A stretch of 32,000 nucleotides of DNA from Bellilinea caldifistulae. Its GTDB lineage: Bacteria > Chloroflexota > Anaerolineae > Anaerolineales > Anaerolineaceae. Both the position numbers and the translations under genes were made by a program. Location: assembly GCF_001306055.1 (NCBI RefSeq), contig NZ_LGHJ01000003.1, positions 22,989-54,988 on the forward strand, written 5' to 3'. Below the pieces are notes generated by a model. That model ran no database searches and had not been told where the DNA came from. It saw only the letters and a program-made list of their open reading frames with translations. The number at the start of each line of letters is the position of its first letter. The stretch's first letter is position 1. Positions 27,560-32,000 of the stretch are shown one piece after another.

Positions 27560-27934
27560 ATGAGAACCAAAATAATAAAAATGGTATTACTACTCCTGCT
27601 TGCAATTGCAGGATTCGCTCTTGTATTTTGGGTAGCAAAAAATATGCCAACCAAGCAAGAACTTCGAGCTAAACAAATCATCCAATCTTTCATAGATTCA
27701 AAAGGAATGGATATAGAACCTGGTACAGAGGAATACAAAATATTCATGCGGGGCATTGTATGGGGTGAATATCCTGAGTTAACAGGAAATGGCTCGAATT
27801 TCGTCAAGAACCAGGAAGAGTTAGACTATGTGCTCGATTATGCCTGGAAGTATTCGGGGTACAAAGGTCTATATGGAGACTATAACGAGCTAGACACAGA
27901 AGAAGCAGCACCAACAACTGAATCTAACAAATGA
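27560..27934 (+). CDS. Small membrane/secreted protein; truncated paralogue of the N-terminal module of the next gene
   Basis: AGGAG RBS, MRTKIIKMVLLLLLAIAGFALVFW hydrophobic N-terminus. From about QIIQSFIDSKGMDIEPGTEEYKIF...GDYNE onward it matches 27990..29084 almost exactly. Confidence 0.65.
   Translation: MRTKIIKMVLLLLLAIAGFALVFWVAKNMPTKQELRAKQIIQSFIDSKGMDIEPGTEEYKIFMRGIVWGEYPELTGNGSNFVKNQEELDYVLDYAWKYSGYKGLYGDYNELDTEEAAPTTESNK
27672..27909 (+). repeat. Direct repeat, copy 1 (about 238 bp, one mismatch to copy 2)
   Basis: AACAAATCATCCAATCTTTCATAG...GAGACTATAACGAGC(T/C)AGACACAGAAGAAGCAGC is repeated with an offset of 415 bp. Confidence 0.9.
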
Positions 27935-27989
27935 CTGTAGGCAACAACTAACGTAAGCATATCTTCCAGAAAAGCAAAGGAACTTCACA

Positions 27990-29084
27990 ATGAACGTAAC
28001 CAAAGTTATCTTACTTCTATTAGCTGTTTTGGGAATTGCCATCAACCCATTACCGGAGATTAATGAGCAAACGGAAACACAGGCGGAACAAATCATCCAA
28101 TCTTTCATAGATTCAAAAGGAATGGATATAGAACCTGGTACAGAGGAATACAAAATATTCATGCGGGGCATTGTATGGGGTGAATATCCTGAGTTAACAG
28201 GAAATGGCTCGAATTTCGTCAAGAACCAGGAAGAGTTAGACTATGTGCTCGATTATGCCTGGAAGTATTCGGGGTACAAAGGTCTATATGGAGACTATAA
28301 CGAGCCAGACACAGAAGAAGCAGCCTCGCCGGAAAAATTTGGAGAGCAGAGGTTGACAGCTATCAACCTTTCAACATCATTGGGGCGTTCAAATGCAATT
28401 GCCTATGCTTATCAGTGGAGTATATCTGGGGGCACAAGTCGAAACCCAGCCTACCCTGACTTCGGAGCTGATGACTGTACTAATTTTGTGAGTCAAGCGA
28501 TGAAAGCGGGCGGATTTATTGAGAAGGGGAGTGGTGATGGATGTAAACATGAGAATACAAGCACAGAATGGTACGTCGAATCAAATCCATCTCCTCCATG
28601 GTGGTGTACTGGTGACTTTCGCAATTGGGAATGGTCAACGAGCTGGAGCGTTCCATGGCCATTTCGAGATTATTTTGCATATCAGAACGATTATGCAATC
28701 CCTCATGGATGGACAACAAGTGTATCTACTGCCAAATATTTTCTTTCTCCAGGAGATGTGATACAGATTCAATACGAAGATAACGGGGAATGGATAAGCT
28801 TTCATACAATGATAGTTACCGACGAGGATGAGAATGATCTCTATGTCACTTATCACTCTAACGCAGGAGGTTTTGATGAAGTTGACAAACCCCTTAGCAC
28901 AATAGATTTAGGGTCTAACAAACGCTTCCAATTAGTTGAAATCAAATTCCCTGCTCTGATATTTTTGCCACTGATACTAAATGGCGGAGGAACAACCGGG
29001 AATCCGTTGAACTCCCCAAACCCCTATCCAGCACCAATGGAATACAAGGAGCCACAACCACTCGGGCCTTACCCACCACCATAA
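27990..29084 (+). CDS. Secreted protein with a papain-fold putative amidase domain (Amidase_6-like) and a Pro-rich tail
   Basis: Hydrophobic N-terminus MNVTKVILLLLAVLGIAI, then the duplicated module. Cys motif ADDCTNFVSQAMKAGG, His region ISFHTMIVTDED...YHSNAGG. C-terminus NPYPAPMEYKEPQPLGPYPPP. Confidence 0.8.
   Translation: MNVTKVILLLLAVLGIAINPLPEINEQTETQAEQIIQSFIDSKGMDIEPGTEEYKIFMRGIVWGEYPELTGNGSNFVKNQEELDYVLDYAWKYSGYKGLYGDYNEPDTEEAASPEKFGEQRLTAINLSTSLGRSNAIAYAYQWSISGGTSRNPAYPDFGADDCTNFVSQAMKAGGFIEKGSGDGCKHENTSTEWYVESNPSPPWWCTGDFRNWEWSTSWSVPWPFRDYFAYQNDYAIPHGWTTSVSTAKYFLSPGDVIQIQYEDNGEWISFHTMIVTDEDENDLYVTYHSNAGGFDEVDKPLSTIDLGSNKRFQLVEIKFPALIFLPLILNGGGTTGNPLNSPNPYPAPMEYKEPQPLGPYPPP
28087..28324 (+). 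repeat. Direct repeat, copy 2
   Basis: See copy 1. The single difference seen is T at 27891 versus C at 28306. Confidence 0.9.
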
Positions 29085-29118
29085 TAAACATGGCAATTAT
29101 ATTTTCCTGTTTAGCGCA

Positions 29119-29246
29119 ACCTAACAACCAGGTGGAGCGGACGGGCGGGGATTCCCCCGTCCGAGGGTAAGCGTGCGCCCGAAGGCACTCTGACCTCGAA
29201 GGCGTGCCGCCAAAGTCCCGCCCGTCGCTCACCTGGGGCGTTAGCC
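29119..29246 (+). repeat. attC-like recombination site of cassette 2
   Basis: R'' ACCTAAC (29119-29125) and R' GTTAGCC (29240-29246). Long arm CCAGGT(g)GAGCG(g)ACGGGCGGG pairs with CCCGCCCGTCGCTCACCTGG, with extrahelical Gs. The central part is homologous to attC1 (TCCCCCG..GAGGGTAWGCGTGCGCYCGAAGG). 128 bp. Confidence 0.8.
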
Positions 29247-29307
29247 CGCCTTGCATCTCCATTATGGAGATACAGCAAGTTCGTCTTAAGGCTCACAGGG
29301 TAGAGAA

Positions 29308-29832
29308 ATGCGGATATCGATCAGCGATTTCACTTCACTATTCAGCATATTGGCTGTACTCGTAAGCATTATTGCGCTTGTTGTCGAGATAAGAAGGGAT
29401 AGGCTTGCCCTGCAAGTTGATCTGTTGCTTAGGTTAGATGACAAGCTCCACTCTCCCGAGTTTAAAGCGCTTCGCCAAGTTGCTGCACAGAAGCTACTGA
29501 GCAACGAGAGACCCAACTATGAGTTAGAGGATTTGCTTGAACTATTCTCTACTATAGCTTTCCTATATGAACGCAAAGCAATCGATGCTGACCTCGCATT
29601 CGTTCATTTCTCATATTGGCTCGATCGATATTGGCTTTGTGCAAGAAACTATGTCGAGGAGGAAAGCAGGAAATACGATCCTCTGAGTTACAAAACACTT
29701 GAGCGAGTGGCTCAGCTATTTGTTGAAAAGGAACTTAAGAGTGGTTATCCGCCGTTTTCAGAGGAGGTATTACAGAATTTCCTCAAGGAAGAGACGCACG
29801 CAACAGTAAGAGGCGGCATAATCCGCGCTTGA
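29308..29832 (+). CDS. Hypothetical small membrane-anchored protein
   Basis: 174 aa with a single N-terminal TM helix FTSLFSILAVLVSIIALVV, then a helical soluble part. I can assert no recognisable catalytic motif. Confidence 0.65.
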   Translation: MRISISDFTSLFSILAVLVSIIALVVEIRRDRLALQVDLLLRLDDKLHSPEFKALRQVAAQKLLSNERPNYELEDLLELFSTIAFLYERKAIDADLAFVHFSYWLDRYWLCARNYVEEESRKYDPLSYKTLERVAQLFVEKELKSGYPPFSEEVLQNFLKEETHATVRGGIIRA

Positions 29833-29913
29833 ACCTGATGCTGCTTCCGCTGCACTGTGCAGGTAAGCTTTTCCATTAGCCCGCTTGGTAAGATGTTGCA
29901 TCACAGGGTTGTC

Positions 29914-30564
29914 ATGAAAGGAAAGTTACGAGAGCTGAAATGGCTAAAGCATTTATCCGCTTTTGTCACAGCGGCAACGATAGCCGTCAGTTTCATGCTT
30001 TCGGCTTGTTCGCCATCGTTGAGCGATGTCTCTGCTAATCCTGCTCCAATGTCTGTGGTAAATACACCCGTACTGTCCGCAACGCTTACGCAAACCCTGA
30101 CGCCAACATCTGCGCCAACCGCCACCAGCACAGCCACAGCAACCCTGACACCGACAGAAACACCCACTGCCACTGTGGTTCCCGTGGAAACGGTTCTATC
30201 GCAAATCGGCTGTTCCACCAACCTGACACGCGACGGGTTTTATCTATGCTCCCTTCATGCACTTGATTTGAGCAAGTTGCCAGCGGGCTGGACGATAAGG
30301 GTGTATGTCTGGCAGGCGGATAGGAATTACACCGACAGACAACCCTATGCCATAGTGCAAAGCGGCAGTGATATGATCACGCCCAGAACGCCAGCGATGT
30401 ATGTGAGCGTGCTGCAGGACGAGCGAGTGCTTTATGAGTTCAGCCTGTACTTTCCGGGTCTTGTCTCAGCGCCAACTGTTCAGAAAGGTCAGCCTGCTGA
30501 ACAAGGGCAGCCAATTCTTCCACCGCCACCACCGCCACAACCGACCACAGAACCTGGGACATGA
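29914..30564 (+). CDS. Hypothetical lipoprotein with a Thr/Pro/Ala-rich linker and Pro-rich C-terminus
   Basis: MKGKLRELKWLKHLSAFVTAATIAVSFMLSAC lipobox, TLTQTLTPTSAPTATSTATATLTPTETPTAT linker, C-terminal PPPPPPQPTTEPG. Alternative starts at 29857 and 29893. Confidence 0.65.
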   Translation: MKGKLRELKWLKHLSAFVTAATIAVSFMLSACSPSLSDVSANPAPMSVVNTPVLSATLTQTLTPTSAPTATSTATATLTPTETPTATVVPVETVLSQIGCSTNLTRDGFYLCSLHALDLSKLPAGWTIRVYVWQADRNYTDRQPYAIVQSGSDMITPRTPAMYVSVLQDERVLYEFSLYFPGLVSAPTVQKGQPAEQGQPILPPPPPPQPTTEPGT

Positions 30565-30587
30565 TAAACTGTTCTAAAATAAACGCG

Positions 30588-30765
30588 GGCTAACACTGTT
30601 TGCAACGGACACATTCGCTACGCTCAGTGAAGGCAGCGGCTTCGCCGCTTCAGGGTATGCGCCGCGAGCCAGCGAAGTTGATTTTTAGGTGAAGGTGTCT
30701 TGCCAGCCCCGCCGCTGCAGCCGACGCCGCCTTCGGCGGCGCGGCTGAGCGGCAGGCCGTTGGGC
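30588..30765 (+). repeat. Atypically long attC-like site of cassette 3
   Basis: R'' GGCTAAC (30588-30594) and R' GTTGGGC (30759-30765). CGCTCAG / CTGAGCG and GCCGCTgcAGCC / GGCTgAGCGGC pairings, and CGCCGCCttcGGCGGCG and GAAGgcaGCGGCttcGCCGCTTC inner hairpins. The left spacer is about 19 nt longer than the right. 178 bp, longer than classical attCs. Confidence 0.55.
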
Positions 30766-30816
30766 AGGCCGGCAATCATGAATGGGTATCTTGGTAAAGA
30801 AACAGCAATTGAGCGC

Positions 30817-31353
30817 ATGAATAACCAGCTAACCATCCAGGTAGTACAGAGCGCATTTTTGTCAGATGAAGATCGGAAACCCATCATCGCGCTCTGTAAC
30901 CGCGCTTGTGAGGAAGACTTGGAACCACTGTTCAACACTTTTGTTGGTGCAACTCATGTTCTTGGTTACCATAATGGCCTTCTTGCAAGCCATGCGCTAT
31001 GGGTGACCCGCGATTTGCAAGTTGGAAACAGTCCTCTTTTGCGCACGGCGTACATCGAAGCGCTTGCCACAGACCCAGCCTATCGCGGTCGTGGTTTTGC
31101 AACAGCTATTATGAAACGCGTCGCTGATGAGATTCAGGACTATGAACTGGCAGCTCTTTCTCCATCCAGCGTTGCATTCTATGAGCGACTTGGTTGGGAG
31201 CTTTGGCACGGTCCGTTGTTTATCAGAACTCAAACAGACTTGTTGCCATCTCCAGACCAAGAACAGGTGATGATTCTACGTCTTCCGAAAACACCGCCGC
31301 TAGACCTAAATGCACCACTTTCTGCGGAGTGGCGTGAAGGTGAATTGTGGTGA
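30817..31353 (+). CDS. GNAT N-acetyltransferase resembling aminoglycoside 2'-N-acetyltransferase AAC(2')
   Basis: The 178 aa align by eye along their length with AAC(2')-Ia as I remember it: [14 protein letters not shown]... / HVMAFDQQKLVGHV...; [21 protein letters not shown] / [32 protein letters not shown] / VGWQIWKGKLF; C-terminal EWREGELW / DFRGGDQW. The track start at 30700 reads through the attC. The ATG at 30778 is an alternative start. Confidence 0.8.
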   Translation: [178 protein letters not shown]

Positions 31354-31411
31354 TAAGGACGTTGTAGGAGTAACATCGTGAAACCAGATTCCATATTTTG
31401 TTCATGGGCCT

Positions 31412-31488
31412 GCCCAACCCGTGCCTCTACCTGATGGCTTCGCTTCGCTGTGCTTGGCTCGCCGCAGGTCAAGCGCGCACCGTTAATT
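31412..31488 (+). repeat. attC-like recombination site of cassette 4 (last in the array)
   Basis: R'' GCCCAAC (31412-31418) and R' GTTAATT (31482-31488). Paired segments GTGC and ACCTG/CAGGT with internal loops. 77 bp. Confidence 0.65.
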
Positions 31489-31583
31489 AACAATTCTCCA
31501 AAACCGGCTTACAGGCTGCTGTTGGAAAGAGCACAAAAATGATTTTGCAAAATGATGACAGGCGATCCGAAAGATGAGGGGCG

Positions 31584-31898
31584 ATGGGAGATCCACGCCG
31601 ATCCAGTTTGATTTCGACGGATGACCAGCCGTCCAGTCCGCCGCCGTTGCCGGCAGGTCGTTTTCCGGCCTGGGCAGGCTTTGCCAGAAGGGGCGCTCTC
31701 GTTGGTTTTGGCGTGGGTTTACTGGCTTTAGCAGTTGCACTGGCTGTGGTCTGGCGCTGCCTGCCTTTCTACATCACCTACCCGCCCCTGCCGTGGCCGT
31801 GGTATTGCGCTGAGCCGGCTTACAGCACCATCGCTTTTCTGGCTTTTCCGATTAATCTCATCACCGATGACCTGGGGCTGTCTGGAAAGAACATCTAG
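31584..31898 (+). CDS. Hypothetical small membrane protein (weak call)
   Basis: GAGGGG precedes the ATG and GC content is like the host. Two hydrophobic segments (GALVGFGVGLLALAVALAVVW, STIAFLAFPINLI). No recognisable homology. Confidence 0.4.
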   Translation: MGDPRRSSLISTDDQPSSPPPLPAGRFPAWAGFARRGALVGFGVGLLALAVALAVVWRCLPFYITYPPLPWPWYCAEPAYSTIAFLAFPINLITDDLGLSGKNI

Positions 31899-31949
31899 GC
31901 AGCCCTTTTGGTAAGGAAAAACAGGTCAAATAAACCCGTTTTGACCAGC

Positions 31950-31986
31950 AAAAAAAATTGGCTGTTGATCAGGCAGCCAATTTTCG
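31950..31986. terminator. Bidirectional-looking terminator hairpin
   Basis: A8 run, AATTGGCTG / CAGCCAATT stem, then TTTTCG. The T8 run on the minus strand suggests it mainly terminates a minus-strand gene lying beyond the window end. Confidence 0.5.
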
Positions 31987-32000
31987 TAGATTGTGGGCTA

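Larger units (their letters stand above)
25237..31488 (+). mobile_element. Integron-type gene cassette array: four cassettes, no integrase in the window (CALIN-like)
   Basis: Four attC-like palindromes, each running from RYYYAAC to GTTRRRY, with all ORFs on the + strand. After each G|TT crossover there is 10-12 nt of perfect reverse complementarity to the R'' flank of that cassette's own attC (25237-25247/27365-27375; 27492-27501/29116-29125; 29240-29249/30585-30594; 30759-30770/31407-31418). The cargo is visibly more A/T-rich than the flanks. Confidence 0.75.

Noticed and set aside
30700-30816. Upstream extension of the GNAT ORF (track start 30700)
   Set aside because: The extension is the stop-free GC-rich attC3 palindrome (translation MPAPPLQPTPPSAARLSGRPLGRP...). 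AAC(2')-like proteins are about 180 aa, matching the 30817 start.
24969-32000. Integron integrase (intI) or any tyrosine recombinase or transposase next to the cassette array
   Set aside because: No ORF of suitable size or motif (R..H..R..Y) exists on either strand in or beside the array, so the array is called integrase-less within this window. An intI elsewhere in the genome cannot be excluded.

Overview
Moderately GC-rich bacterial chromosome segment; a Chloroflexota/Anaerolineae-like origin is only a guess from gene content. About 25 kb is ordinary core or accessory content. On the minus strand there is a NitT/TauT-type ABC importer (permease, ATPase, binding lipoprotein). It is followed by a ParB-fold DGHHR protein, a Cache-HAMP methyl-accepting chemotaxis protein and a secreted plant-type LRR protein. 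Next come an sdhCDAB operon, a translationally coupled pair of SF1 helicases, a very large secreted S8 subtilase, a GH1 beta-glucosidase, and a mevalonate upper-pathway cluster (class II HMG-CoA reductase plus archaeal-type HMG-CoA synthase, thiolase and DUF35 protein). Three things stand out. (1) Coordinates 25237-31488 look like an integron gene-cassette array with no integrase in the window (CALIN-like). It has four same-strand cassettes, each ending in an attC-like imperfect palindrome (RYYYAAC ... GTTRRRY). For each cassette, the 10-12 nt after the G|TT crossover are the perfect reverse complement of the R'' flank of its own attC. The cargo is A/T-rich and mostly uncharacterised: two secreted papain-fold putative amidases, lipoproteins, a small membrane protein and an AAC(2')-like GNAT. 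(2) Coordinates 19716-20651 hold a six-unit tandem array (2 x 143 bp, 4 x 152 bp) of a hairpin-rich non-coding repeat between the beta-glucosidase and the mevalonate genes. (3) Coordinates 9991-13759 encode a Upf1/DNA2-like helicase coupled (TGA-T-ATG) to a NERD-like/UvrD-like helicase, a possible two-gene DNA-surveillance or defence module. No rRNA, tRNA or CRISPR array was seen.
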